A DNA stretch of 58,683 nucleotides. Origin: Candidatus Methylomirabilis sp. Its GTDB lineage: Bacteria > Methylomirabilota > Methylomirabilia > Methylomirabilales > 2-02-FULL-66-22. The stretch spans positions 1 through 58,683 of the forward strand of contig JBBIQE010000005.1 in assembly GCA_037442485.1 (NCBI GenBank), read 5' to 3'. Of this stretch, positions 37,324 to 46,894 are shown piece after piece (position 1 is the stretch's first letter; each line of letters opens with the position of its first letter). The notes under the pieces are model-generated. The model searched no databases, was not told where the DNA came from, and saw only the letters and a program-made list of their open reading frames with translations. Both the position numbers and the translations under genes were made by a program.

Positions 37324-39759
37324 CTACCGCCGGCGGGCCTGGGCCTGGCCGCGGGACGGCGTCTTCCCCCGGGCGGCCCGGGGCGCCGACTTCACCGTCC
37401 GCCGGAGGGCCTCCACGTACTTCTTGATGGCCCGGTACTGGCTCCGGCCGTCCAGGCCGGCCTCGGCCAGCACCATCTCCCCCTGACCGCTGCCCAGGAA
37501 GTGGCCCTTCCGGAACGGGTGGAGCGTCAGGGACCGCCCGAGGTCGGATCGCACCCAGCGGAACATCGTGGGCAGGGTGAAGCCGGTGATGCCCATGGCC
37601 TCCCTGGCCCGCTCTTCCGGGAAGAGCTTGCGCTGCCTCGCCGGGGGGAGCAGGGCGAACAGCTCGGCGCTGGAGACGTAGTAGATCCAGAGGTCCAGGC
37701 CGTCCTGGTCGAGAAGCGGCAGCGCCTCCTCGACGAAGGCGTAGGTGGCCGCACTCTCCTGCAGGACGATCGTCCCCTCGCCCTGGCCGCGAGGCCGGCG
37801 CAGCAGATACAGGCCGGTCACGCTCTCTTCGGCCGGGGCCAGCCCCAACCCGGCGCGGTCGAGCACCTTCTCGTTGGGCCGCGTCACGAAGGGGGCGATG
37901 ATGGCGGGCCGGCGGGCGAGGGCGGCCGCCACCAGCGGCCAGATCTCCTGGGGATCCCAGGGGGTCAGCGTGACGATCGTCCCCTGCGGGAAGTTCTCCT
38001 GGAGGAGCTGGAGCGGCTGTGGGTCGGCGTGGGTGGGTCCATCCTCGCCGGTCTTGAGACCCGCGTGGGCGCAGATGAGGAAGAGCGGCCGGTACGGCTG
38101 GCCCGTCACCGCCTGCTTGGCCTGGGCGCCGATGGCGTGCAGCCGCGAGGCGATGTGGCCCAGGGCGGCGATGAAGGCGCCATACGACGAGCCGACGCCG
38201 ATGTGGTGGCCGAAGGTGGACAGGCCGGACAGCACGCCCGTTATCCCGTCCTCGCAGATGCCGCCGACGGCCAGGAGCCGCGCGCCCGGATTCCGCACCG
38301 CGTTCCAATAGCCGTCGCCGAACCCGGCCCCTATCACGTTCACGCTGGTCGAGCCGAGCAGGTCGGCCGCGGCGGCGAGGATGGCCCCGCCGGACACCTT
38401 GTTGTAGTAGTTGAGGGCACGGCCCAGCTCGGCGCGCAGCGTCGTGACACTTCCCGGCTGCAGCTTCACCTCGGCGGGCGGCTGGGGACCCCTGGCGGCC
38501 AGTGCGTACACGGCCTCGACCCGCGGCGCGTCCGGGCGCGGCTGCCGGTTGAGCCGGTCGAGCCGGTCGCGGGCGGCCGTGAGGCGCGCGACGAAGGCCT
38601 CGACCGCCGGCCGGCTCTCCCCGATGACTTTCCGCACGATCTGGAGCGACTCCCAGAAGCACTGCTCCAGGATGGCCGCGCCGTCCGGGCCCGCCTGGCA
38701 CCGCTGCTTCCCGGCCTCGCAGGTCGGCACCATCATGTTGGCCTTCCCCGTGAGATCGGCGACGGCCCTGCAGAAGCCCTCGGAGCAGAGCTTGTGGCCG
38801 GCCCCGTGGGCGGCCTTGCCCTCGATGCCGTACTGCCAGCCCTTCAGCGTCCGGTAGATGACCGCGGTGGGCTGTCCGTTGCCGATGGCGAGGGCGGCGC
38901 GCTGCGCCGCCACGATCTGCTGGAAGTCCCGCCCGTCGGGGACGTAGATCACATTCCAATCGTGGAGGTGGAACAGTTCGGCCGGGCTCCACTGGACGTA
39001 GTCGCCGGGCTGGCCATCCTCGCGGCACACGCGGTTCGTGTCAATGGAGGCCTGGTTCCAGTCCAGGTGCAGGATGGCGTTGCCGAGCGACGCGGTGCCC
39101 GCACCGGCCAGGGCTTCCGCCACGCGGCCGGGGGTGAGGCCCCCCTCGCCCTCGACGATGTGGACGAAGGGTGCGGCCGCGCCATAGTAGTCCCTGGCGC
39201 CGAAGGCCAGCCCGAGCGAGCTGGCGACGCCCACGCCGGAGGCGCCGGTGGAGAGGCGGATGAAGGGGGTGGCCGGGGTGGGGTGGCCATCCAGCGCCTT
39301 GGCCCCGAACTGCGTGAACAGCGGGGTCTTGGTGATGGGATTGCGCCGGAAGCCCAGGAGGTCCTCCAGGCGGAGGCGGAACTTCACGTCCGCGGGGAGG
39401 AGCTGGGGCGCGGCCAGCCGGGCCATCTCGTCCCGGATGGCCCACATGGCGTACAGCCCCATGGCCTTGTGCCCGGCCGCGTACGAGATGATGTCCGCGT
39501 CCTCCCGGTCGGGCTGGGCCAGGTCATAGGCGAGCGCATCGAAGAGCAGGGCGGCCACGAACCGCCCGGAAGAGATCGAGCCTCCCGGGTGCCCCGACAT
39601 CGGGACGTAGTTGTACAGGAGGGCGCACAGCGACCGGTAGATCATGTCCAGGGTCTCGAAGTGGCCGACCTCCTCCGGCGAGAGCGGGGGCTGCCCCGCC
39701 TTGAGGATCTCGGTCACATCCGCGTACGTCCCGCGCCTCGGTCCAAACTCGAATGCCAT
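37324..39759 (-). CDS. long transketolase-family (TPP-dependent) protein, 811 aa
   Basis: MSGHPGGSISSGRFVAALLF...AAGHKAMGLYAMW...EGEGGLTPGRVAEA is TK N-domain-like. The remainder has pyrimidine-binding and C-terminal-like regions. Basic C-terminal tail. Confidence 0.75.
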   Translation of the reverse strand: MAFEFGPRRGTYADVTEILKAGQPPLSPEEVGHFETLDMIYRSLCALLYNYVPMSGHPGGSISSGRFVAALLFDALAYDLAQPDREDADIISYAAGHKAMGLYAMWAIRDEMARLAAPQLLPADVKFRLRLEDLLGFRRNPITKTPLFTQFGAKALDGHPTPATPFIRLSTGASGVGVASSLGLAFGARDYYGAAAPFVHIVEGEGGLTPGRVAEALAGAGTASLGNAILHLDWNQASIDTNRVCREDGQPGDYVQWSPAELFHLHDWNVIYVPDGRDFQQIVAAQRAALAIGNGQPTAVIYRTLKGWQYGIEGKAAHGAGHKLCSEGFCRAVADLTGKANMMVPTCEAGKQRCQAGPDGAAILEQCFWESLQIVRKVIGESRPAVEAFVARLTAARDRLDRLNRQPRPDAPRVEAVYALAARGPQPPAEVKLQPGSVTTLRAELGRALNYYNKVSGGAILAAAADLLGSTSVNVIGAGFGDGYWNAVRNPGARLLAVGGICEDGITGVLSGLSTFGHHIGVGSSYGAFIAALGHIASRLHAIGAQAKQAVTGQPYRPLFLICAHAGLKTGEDGPTHADPQPLQLLQENFPQGTIVTLTPWDPQEIWPLVAAALARRPAIIAPFVTRPNEKVLDRAGLGLAPAEESVTGLYLLRRPRGQGEGTIVLQESAATYAFVEEALPLLDQDGLDLWIYYVSSAELFALLPPARQRKLFPEERAREAMGITGFTLPTMFRWVRSDLGRSLTLHPFRKGHFLGSGQGEMVLAEAGLDGRSQYRAIKKYVEALRRTVKSAPRAARGKTPSRGQAQARRR

Positions 39760-40077
39760 GGAGCGTCTCCTTTCTGCCGGATCGGCGACCTCGCGGCGAC
39801 TCCGGGCCCGGGGCGCCGCGGCGCATGCGTCCGGGGGCCGCCGGGAATCCTGCCTGCGGTCCCTCGGGATGAGTGCCCACGCTTCTCGTTGAACCGCTGC
39901 AAATTAAAGCCACCGCCGATCGCGGTGCAATGACTTTTCGCGGAATGATCGGATTTGAGGACAGACCTCCAGAGGTCAGCGGCGGCGGGATTGAGCTTGT
40001 CTCTGCGGGATCATCTGGGATAGTATAGTTTGCGGGCGCCTGCGCCGAATGATCCGGGCGTCAGATGCGGGCACAGC

Positions 40078-40458
40078 ATGCGCAAGGATGTCGAGCGACT
40101 CGTCCTTCAAGCGCGCCGAGACCTGGAAAACGCGCGCAAGAACATTGGGATCGGCGCCTACGAGGTGGCCGCCTTCCTCTCCCACCAGGCGGTGGAGGAA
40201 TACCTCAAGGGGGCGTGGATCCAGAAACGGCGCGCGCGCCCACCGGCAACTCAGTATCTCAGGGAGTTGGGGGAGGGGCTCAAGATTCCGAAGCGACTCA
40301 TGGCGCACTTGCTCTTCTTGAACCCGGATTATACGGTGGCCCGCTATCCGGACGCGGCCAACGGGGTCCGGTACGAACTCTACGACCGGGCCATCGCCGG
40401 CGCCAAGGTGAAGGCTGCGGAAGAGGTGGCTCGGTGGATCGAGTCGTTGATCCGATAG
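40078..40458 (+). CDS. HEPN-domain protein
   Basis: LVLQARRDLENARKNIGIGAYEVAAFLSHQAVEEYLKG...LNPDYTVARYPD fits the HEPN pattern (an R-x4-6-H-like region). Confidence 0.8.
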   Translation: MRKDVERLVLQARRDLENARKNIGIGAYEVAAFLSHQAVEEYLKGAWIQKRRARPPATQYLRELGEGLKIPKRLMAHLLFLNPDYTVARYPDAANGVRYELYDRAIAGAKVKAAEEVARWIESLIR

Positions 40459-40787
40459 TCAAGCGGTTTGCCGATCGGTACCTCCCCCGGTTGCGGCGAC
40501 GCTACCGGCCAGAACTGGTTCTGGCCTTCGGCTCTCGCGTCCGCGGCGAGGCACTGGCCGAAAGCGACCTGGACCTTCTGGTGGTCTCCGAACGCTTTCG
40601 GGGCATTCCGTTCCTGGAGCGGGCCTCAAGGCTTTTGATCGATCTCGATCTCCCCTTTCCCACAGATGTCCTGTGCTACACGCCCGAGGAGTTTGTCCGG
40701 AAACGGCGCGAACTCGGCATCGTCAGCCTCGCCGTGGAAGAGGGACTATGGCTTGAGACGCGCGCTCTCAAGGCGGGGGGGCCATAA
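40434..40787 (+). CDS. minimal nucleotidyltransferase (MNT) partner of HEPN
   Basis: LVLAFGSRVRGEALAESDLDLLVV (GSxxRGE...DxD). The GTG 40434 start is tentative and overlaps the HEPN gene by 25 nt. Confidence 0.75.
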   Translation: MDRVVDPIVKRFADRYLPRLRRRYRPELVLAFGSRVRGEALAESDLDLLVVSERFRGIPFLERASRLLIDLDLPFPTDVLCYTPEEFVRKRRELGIVSLAVEEGLWLETRALKAGGP

Positions 40788-41164
40788 TGAGTGACGGCTC
40801 GTGCTTCTACAACCTGCGGGAAGGCGGGCTCATCCGGCAGCTCGCGCCGGGGATCACGGCGCGGATCTTTCCGGGAGTGCACGTGATGCTCTCGGTGGTG
40901 ACCATCGAGCCCCATTCCACCTCGCCGGTGCATTCCCATCCCAACGAGCAGTGGGGGGTGTGTCTGGAGGGGGAGTGGATTCGCATCCAGGACGGGAGCG
41001 AGCATCGCGTCCGGGCCGGCGACTTCTGGCAGACGCCCCCGCACGTGCCGCATGGGGGGCGCACCCTCGACCGGCGCTGCGTCCTCCTCGACATCTTCGC
41101 CCCCCCGCGCCAGGAGTACCGGCAGGCCGGCCAGGGCTATGGCGACGCGTCCCGGGCAGGGTGA
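40787..41164 (+). CDS. cupin-domain protein
   Basis: PHSTSPVHSHPNEQWGVCLEGEW...GDFWQTPPHVPHGG (cupin motifs 1 and 2). The ATG overlaps the MNT stop (TAATG). Confidence 0.8.
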   Translation: MSDGSCFYNLREGGLIRQLAPGITARIFPGVHVMLSVVTIEPHSTSPVHSHPNEQWGVCLEGEWIRIQDGSEHRVRAGDFWQTPPHVPHGGRTLDRRCVLLDIFAPPRQEYRQAGQGYGDASRAG

Positions 41165-41255
41165 GGGTCCCTTCCGGTCGGGAGAGCGAAACCGCAAGGT
41201 CCGGGCAACGCCCCTGGGCTTTCCCTTCGACGATCCGCAATCCGCAGTTCGCCTC

Positions 41256-42038
41256 CTACTCCGCCAGCCACCGCTTCAGGTAGGCCAGGGCGCGGGGGAT
41301 GCCGGTGGCCTCGGCCTCCTCCGCCTCGTACTCGAAGCTCACCCAGCCGTCATAGCCCGCCCGGCGAAGCGCGGGGATGATCCGGGCGTAATCCACGCTC
41401 TCGTCCGAGCCGTCGGCCGCGACCCTCCAGAACTTGGCGTGCACGTGCGCCGCGAGGCGGAGGGTCTTTTCCACGGAGGGCCACCCGTCGGTGAAGTTGC
41501 CGGTGTCGAGCAGCGGGGTCAGGTGGGGGGAGTGGACCTCCTCCAGGACCCGCAGGTACTCGGCCGCGGTCGGCGTGAAGGCGCCGTGGTTGTGGTTCTC
41601 CAGGCCCAGACGGATCCCCGCGTGGCCGGCGAAGGCGGCGACGTCCCGGAGACTGTCGACCATGGCGGGCCAGCGCGGCCCCCTCTGCGCGGGGCCGCCC
41701 TCGGGGTAGCCGGCGAAGACGCGGAGGAGGGGCGCGCCGAGCTGCTCGGCCACCTCGACCCACTGCTTGACCTTCACCACCTCGCTCTGCCGGAGGGTGG
41801 GATCGGCCCGCCCGAAGTCGTTGTGGACGCCGATGCCGATGATGGTGAGGCCATGGTCCCGGGCGGTCCGTCGGAGCATCCGGAGGTAGGCCGGGCGTGT
41901 CTGGGGGAAATGAATGTCCTGCAGTTCCACCCCCTGAACCCCGAGCTCGGTGGCGCAGCGGGCGAGGAACCGGACCTGGTCCATTGTCCCGGCCTCGAAG
42001 GAGCGGTTGAAGGTGCCGCAGATGCAGCCGAGCTTCAT
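41256..42038 (-). CDS. sugar phosphate isomerase/epimerase (xylose-isomerase-like TIM barrel)
   Basis: GVQGVELQ...LRVFAG...GIRLGLENH...PLLDTGNF...HVHAKF. ATG 42038 is preceded by GGAGGA. Confidence 0.85.
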   Translation of the reverse strand: MKLGCICGTFNRSFEAGTMDQVRFLARCATELGVQGVELQDIHFPQTRPAYLRMLRRTARDHGLTIIGIGVHNDFGRADPTLRQSEVVKVKQWVEVAEQLGAPLLRVFAGYPEGGPAQRGPRWPAMVDSLRDVAAFAGHAGIRLGLENHNHGAFTPTAAEYLRVLEEVHSPHLTPLLDTGNFTDGWPSVEKTLRLAAHVHAKFWRVAADGSDESVDYARIIPALRRAGYDGWVSFEYEAEEAEATGIPRALAYLKRWLAE

Positions 42039-42066
42039 GGCACGAGTCCTCCCCAATCCGAAATTA

Positions 42067-42215
42067 TCAACCGCCAAGGCGCCAAGAACGCCAGGCCCGA
42101 CATGGCGCATTTGCAGGAAACGCACGAAACTTCTGAATGCCTCCTGAACCGGTTTTCGCGTTCTTCACTGGAGGGATCGGAAACACCAGCTCCTTGGCGT
42201 CATGGCGGTTCAAGG
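42067..42215. repeat. long imperfect palindromic intergenic element, family 2
   Basis: The left arm TCAACCGCCAAGGCGCCAAGA matches the reverse complement of the right arm CCTTGGCGTCATGGCGGTTCA at 17 of 21 positions. The inner arms GGAAACGCACGAAAC and GGTTTTCGCGTTCTTC are also partly complementary. Confidence 0.4.
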
Positions 42216-42226
42216 CTCCTTTTGGA

Positions 42227-43117
42227 TCATGGTCCTTTCGGCGGCACGATGCCCTTGAGGGCGTGCAGCACCTGTTCGTGCAGACGGGGGTTGGCGCTGC
42301 ACACCAGGCTGTAGACCGCATGGATGTCCGGGCGAAACCGGACCGGGGATCCGTCCCAGCCGGTGACGACGCAGCCCGCCCGCTCCGCAATGGGGAGGGC
42401 GGAGAAGACCTCGGTCAGCGCCTCGTTCCAGGCGAAGTAGACGTCGATCCGCCCGCAGGCCACATCCGCGAAGCCGTTGGGGCCGCCGTTCGGCAGGATG
42501 AACTTGGCCCGCTCGAAGAGGGGGCGGAGGGCGCTCGCCGTGGGATACAGAAAGGCCGGCTTGCCCAGGTACGCCTCCAGGACGGCGCCGTCCAGGCTGG
42601 CCGTGGCGGCCGGCCGGACAGGGACGGCGCGGGCGCCCGGGCGGGCGATCCGGACGGCGCCGTCGGCATCCGCCAGGACGATCTCGCCGGTGATGTGGTC
42701 AATCGTGCCCGCCGCCCGAGGCGTTTCATCCAGGCCGTAGATCCCGAGGGCCGTGAACCAGTGGGCGCGGATGCCGCGCCGGTACAGCAGGCTCCCGTCG
42801 AAGGGGTCCGCGACGACGTACACCACCTCGTGGCGCGGGGGGGCGCCGCGCCGCTCCCCCAACCGCGCCTCCCCGGCCTCTTCGGAGAGGAGTGTCGCCC
42901 GGACCCCGCCCCGCCTCAGGGCGTTGATGATGGCGCGCTCCGCCGCCGTGTCCACCCCGATGACCTCGGGGTCCCACGGGCGGTAGCCCGCTTCCCGGCC
43001 GGCCACCACCCGTTGGCCCGCGCGCGGCGCCAGCCGGCGGACCGCGGCGTTGGCGGCAAGCAACCCGTCCCGGACCTTCCGCCGCCAGGGAAAAGGGGTC
43101 TTCCGCCTTCCGGTCAT
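42227..43117 (-). CDS. IMPase/FBPase-superfamily phosphatase-like protein
   Basis: VVADPFDGS (DPxDG[ST]-like motif) and overall fold-family look. Divergent. Confidence 0.65.
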   Translation of the reverse strand: MTGRRKTPFPWRRKVRDGLLAANAAVRRLAPRAGQRVVAGREAGYRPWDPEVIGVDTAAERAIINALRRGGVRATLLSEEAGEARLGERRGAPPRHEVVYVVADPFDGSLLYRRGIRAHWFTALGIYGLDETPRAAGTIDHITGEIVLADADGAVRIARPGARAVPVRPAATASLDGAVLEAYLGKPAFLYPTASALRPLFERAKFILPNGGPNGFADVACGRIDVYFAWNEALTEVFSALPIAERAGCVVTGWDGSPVRFRPDIHAVYSLVCSANPRLHEQVLHALKGIVPPKGP

Positions 43118-43130
43118 GTTCCCTCCTGCC

Positions 43131-43880
43131 TCACCATTCTTTCCCCGCTCGATCCACGTGGCGCAGCAGCCGGACGATCTCGCTCACGATGTGGCCCAGG
43201 GCCTTCTCGCCCAGGGCGCGCGAGACCCTGGAGGTATCGCCCCGGACCCCCGTCGGGTATTCCGTCTCGGGGTGGGCCAGCACGCGGAACCGGGAGAGCC
43301 GAGGGCGCGTTACCCTAGGGATGCGGTCCAGCCGGACCAGCTCTTCCGCGACGACCAGCATTTCCGAGGTTTCGATGGAGCCGGCGTGGCCGTCTTTGCC
43401 CTGGAGATCCGCTCCGTGCCGGATGGGATCGAGGAAGTCGTAGGGGCCGATGGTGAGGACGAGCAGGCCCGGGTCGGCGTTCACCAGGGGCAGGACGGCC
43501 TCGCGCATGGCCTCCAGCTGGGCCGGCTCGGCGTGGCCCGTGATCAGGGCGAACTTGCGGCCCCCGTGGCGCACATACTCGGCCACCACCTCGCGGACGA
43601 CGGCCTCCAGGGTGGCCGGGGCCAGCGAGATCGTCCCCGGCAAGTTCCGCATGGTCCGGCAGACGCCGTAGGGAAGGGCCGGCGCCACCAGGCCGCCCAC
43701 CTGTCCCGCCACCGCGGCGCACACGTGCTCCGCGTACAACAGGTCGGTCCCGAGCGGGAGGTGCGGCCCGTGCTGCTCCACCGCCCCGAAGGGCAGCAGG
43801 ATCCATCGCCCCGCCTGCATGGCGGCGGCGAATTCGTCCTTGGTCAGATTGGCCAAGCGGATCTCGGTGTGCTCGGACAT
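43131..43880 (-). CDS. creatininase-family amidohydrolase
   Basis: LLPFGAVEQHGPHLPLGTD...GHAGSIETS is typical of the creatininase/ArfB/MftE family. Confidence 0.85.
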   Translation of the reverse strand: MSEHTEIRLANLTKDEFAAAMQAGRWILLPFGAVEQHGPHLPLGTDLLYAEHVCAAVAGQVGGLVAPALPYGVCRTMRNLPGTISLAPATLEAVVREVVAEYVRHGGRKFALITGHAEPAQLEAMREAVLPLVNADPGLLVLTIGPYDFLDPIRHGADLQGKDGHAGSIETSEMLVVAEELVRLDRIPRVTRPRLSRFRVLAHPETEYPTGVRGDTSRVSRALGEKALGHIVSEIVRLLRHVDRAGKEW

Positions 43881-43963
43881 GACTCCTCTTGTCGGCGGGG
43901 CACCGACGGCTTCCGCCGTTGGCGGATTCGGGCCTTCGGGAAGGGTCGAACAGCCGAACGGTC

Positions 43964-45037
43964 TCAGCCGGATGTCATCGCCCAGCAGCGGATGCGCGGC
44001 AAGCGGATCCGGACCTCTGCCCCCGGGGCGAAGCGCCGTTGGGCGTCGGTCTGGACCCGCAAGGGCAGATCCTGGCCGAAGACCAAGCGGTAATCAATGG
44101 TGTCGCCGAGGTACGTCGTCTTCTCGACGCGGGCCTCGAAGACGTTGGTCCCGCCGGGATCGCCGGGGCGCAGCAGCTCGACCTCGCTGGGGCGCAGGAA
44201 CAGCAGGACCCGCTGGCCGGCACCGACGTTGGGCAGGGCGGGAACGGTCACCCCGAGCTCGCCGATGCCCACCCGCATGGTCTCACCGTCCACGGCCAGG
44301 ACGGAACCCTCGAGAAAATTCGACAGGCCGATGAATTCGGCCACGAACCGGGATTGCGGGTGTTCGTAGATCTCCTCCGGCGTGCCCACCTGCTCGAGCC
44401 GGCCGCGATTCATGATGGCCACTCGGTCGGACAGCGCCAGCGCCTCGCCCTGGTCGTGGGTCACGTACAATGCGGTGATGCCCAGCCGCGTCACCACCTC
44501 CTTGATCTCGAAGCGCATCTCTTCCCGCAGCTTGGCATCCAGGTTGGAGAGCGGCTCGTCCAGGAGCAGGACCTTGGGCCGGTAGACCAGGGCGCGGGCC
44601 AGGCCCACCCGCTGCTGTTGCCCGCCCGAGAGCTGTCGGGGGTAATGCGCCGCGTAGCCTTCCAACCGGACCAGGCGCAGCGCCTGGGCGACCCGCGCGT
44701 CCCGCTCGGCCCGGGAGAGGTTCCGGATCATCAGGGGGAACCCGACGTTGTCCTGGACCGTCATGTGGGGGAACAGGGCGAAGTTCTGGAAGACCATCCC
44801 CAGCTCCCGCTGGTGGGTGGGCAGATCCGTGACGTCCGCCCCGTCAATGAAGACCCGTCCCTCGTCCGGACGCACGTAGCCCGTGAGGCAGCGCAGCGCG
44901 GTGGTCTTGCCGCAGCCCGAGGGGCCCAGGAGGGTCATCAGCTCGCCGCGCCGGATCGTCAGGCTCAGGTGATCGTTGGCGAGCAGGGGGCCGTAGCGCT
45001 TGGTGACGTCGCGGAACTCGATCATGGCGTCGGTCAT
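43964..45037 (-). CDS. ABC transporter ATP-binding protein (PotA/MalK-like with C-terminal TOBE-type domain)
   Basis: GPSGCGKTT, LSGGQQQRVGLARAL, LLLDEPLSNLD, FVAEFIG. Confidence 0.9.
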   Translation of the reverse strand: MTDAMIEFRDVTKRYGPLLANDHLSLTIRRGELMTLLGPSGCGKTTALRCLTGYVRPDEGRVFIDGADVTDLPTHQRELGMVFQNFALFPHMTVQDNVGFPLMIRNLSRAERDARVAQALRLVRLEGYAAHYPRQLSGGQQQRVGLARALVYRPKVLLLDEPLSNLDAKLREEMRFEIKEVVTRLGITALYVTHDQGEALALSDRVAIMNRGRLEQVGTPEEIYEHPQSRFVAEFIGLSNFLEGSVLAVDGETMRVGIGELGVTVPALPNVGAGQRVLLFLRPSEVELLRPGDPGGTNVFEARVEKTTYLGDTIDYRLVFGQDLPLRVQTDAQRRFAPGAEVRIRLPRIRCWAMTSG

Positions 45038-45040
45038 GCC

Positions 45041-45877
45041 TCACACTCCCTTGAACCCTCCCACCAGCTTCTCCGGCTCGGCCCGCCGCTGGATCATGGC
45101 GAGGATCGCCAGGGATGGGAGGACCATGATCACGGCCATGGCGCTGGTGATCTCCCAGTACCCGTCCCCCACCGCCAGGTACGTCCGGATCGGCAGCGTC
45201 ACGGTGTGGGGTCCGTAGGTCAGAAGCGTCAGGGTGAACTCGTTGTAGGAATGGGTGAAGGAGAAGATCATGGAGGCCAGGATGCCGGGCATGATCAGGG
45301 GCAGGACGACGTAGAAGAACCGCTTGAGCGTGTTGGCGCCGCAGACCCCGGCCGCCTCCAGCACGCGCTCGTCCAGGCCCTCGAAGGTGGCGGAGAGGAC
45401 CAGAATGGCGTAGGGGGCGCAGACGGAGACGTGGGCCAGCGCCACGCCGAGATAGGTATCCACCAGGTCGAGGGTGTAGAAGATCTTGGCCACCCCCAGC
45501 GCGTAGGTGATGGGCGGGATCATCCGCGGCAGGAGGATCAGGGCCATCAGCACCTCCTTGCCCGGCATCTGCCGCCGCCCGAAGGCCCAGCCGGCGAAGA
45601 TGCCGATCACGGTGCTGACCGCCACGGCGATGACCCCGATGATCAGGGTGTTCTTCATGACCTCGGGGATGTTGCCCACCTCGACCGCCCAGCGGTACCA
45701 CTCCAGGGTGAGCTCGGGCGGCAGCCAGAGGCGGCCGAACCATCCCTTGCCCACGGACCGCAGCGCGATCATGAGAAAGGGGGCCAGGATGAGCAGGCTG
45801 AGGCTGGCGAGCAGGGTGTAGCCCAGGAGGAGCTTCCCGTCCCACAGACCGCGGAGGTACGCCCTGAGCAGCCTCAC
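45041..45877 (-). CDS. ABC transporter permease (PotC-like)
   Basis: Six hydrophobic helices and an EAA-type loop LEAAGVCGANTLKRFFYVVLPLIMPG. Confidence 0.9.
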   Translation of the reverse strand: MRLLRAYLRGLWDGKLLLGYTLLASLSLLILAPFLMIALRSVGKGWFGRLWLPPELTLEWYRWAVEVGNIPEVMKNTLIIGVIAVAVSTVIGIFAGWAFGRRQMPGKEVLMALILLPRMIPPITYALGVAKIFYTLDLVDTYLGVALAHVSVCAPYAILVLSATFEGLDERVLEAAGVCGANTLKRFFYVVLPLIMPGILASMIFSFTHSYNEFTLTLLTYGPHTVTLPIRTYLAVGDGYWEITSAMAVIMVLPSLAILAMIQRRAEPEKLVGGFKGV

Positions 45878-46764
45878 CGCACGCCTCCCGCCCCGGCGCC
45901 GCCGGCAGCGGCGCCGCCGGCCCGGCGCACCAGGCGCATGTACAGGGCCAGGAAGACCACCTGCAAGGCGCCCATCACCACGGCGATGGCGCTGGCGGCG
46001 GACCAGCGGGCCGGGATGGGCACCGCGATCTGCTTGTAGATCTCGACGGCGAGCGGCCGGTAATTGCCCCCGGCGATCAGGGGAACGCTGAACGCCCCGA
46101 AGGCGGCCATGAAGGTGAGGACCGACCCGGCCAGGATGCCGGGCGTGATGAGGGGCAGGACGATGTGGCGCAGGACCTGCCAGCGATTGGCGCCCGAGAC
46201 CTCCCCCGCCTCCTCGAGACTGCGGTCCAGGGACTCCAGGGCCGACAGGGTGGTCACGCAGGTGTAGGGGAAGTAGAGCCAGACGTAGAAGAACATCAGG
46301 CCGTGGATGGTGTAGTTCACGGCCACGGGCCGGCGGATGAAGGGGATGAACTGCATGAGGAAGAGGTTGAACCAGCCCCGCGTGCCGAAGAACAGCAGCA
46401 GGCCCAGGGCCCCGATCAGGCCGGGGATGACGAGGGGCACCAGGATCATCAGCCGGTAGAACCGGTGGCCCCGAACCTTCTCACGCAGGATCAGGGCCAG
46501 GGGCACGCTGAGCAGGACGGAGAGCGCGGTGGAGCCCAGGGCCAGGAGGAAGGTCAGCAGGATGACCCACTGGCCGTCGGGGTCCCGGAGGAAGCGGGTA
46601 TAGTTCTGGAGAGTCCATCCGGCCGTCTGTCCCTCCGGCCGGAAGCTGAGGATCAGGGTGAGGAGCATCGGGTAGAAAAAGAGGCCGAAGAATCCCGCCA
46701 AAGCGGGAAAGAGCAGGAGCAGCGTGGTCAGGTTCGAGGAGTGCGCCCGCCAGAATCGGGTCAT
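45874..46764 (-). CDS. ABC transporter permease (PotB-like)
   Basis: EAA-type loop LEEAGEVSGANRWQVLRHIVLPLITPG. ATG 46764 (MTRFW). The ORF-track N-terminal extension runs into a repeat element. Confidence 0.85.
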   Translation of the reverse strand: MTRFWRAHSSNLTTLLLLFPALAGFFGLFFYPMLLTLILSFRPEGQTAGWTLQNYTRFLRDPDGQWVILLTFLLALGSTALSVLLSVPLALILREKVRGHRFYRLMILVPLVIPGLIGALGLLLFFGTRGWFNLFLMQFIPFIRRPVAVNYTIHGLMFFYVWLYFPYTCVTTLSALESLDRSLEEAGEVSGANRWQVLRHIVLPLITPGILAGSVLTFMAAFGAFSVPLIAGGNYRPLAVEIYKQIAVPIPARWSAASAIAVVMGALQVVFLALYMRLVRRAGGAAAGGAGAGGVR

Positions 46765-46790
46765 GTCCGCGGTTTTCGTCCCAACCAATT

Positions 46791-46889
46791 CCCTCTCCCC
46801 ACTGCGGGAGAGAGGCCAGGGTGAGGGGGTCGAACGGGACGGCCAAATGACCCTCACCCCGCCCTCTCCCACAGGGAGGGGGGCAGGGG
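46791..46889. repeat. GC-rich multi-hairpin intergenic element (variant of family 1)
   Basis: CCCTCTCCCC-actgc-GGGAGAGAGG. GGGTGAGGG pairs with CCCTCACCC. CCCTCTCCC-acag-GGAGGGGGG. It lies between the binding-protein and permease genes. Confidence 0.45.
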
Positions 46890-46894
46890 TCTCG

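Noticed and set aside
35906-39028. Very long ORFs (1040 aa here; also 37090..39933, 26885..29389, 11244..13745, 15639..18053 and 18558..19772) lying opposite or out of frame to recognisable genes.
   Set aside because: Their translations are Arg/Pro/Gly/Ala-rich low-complexity strings with no motifs. They overlap genes with clear family signatures on the other strand or frame. This is the typical stop-codon-poor artefact of high-GC DNA.
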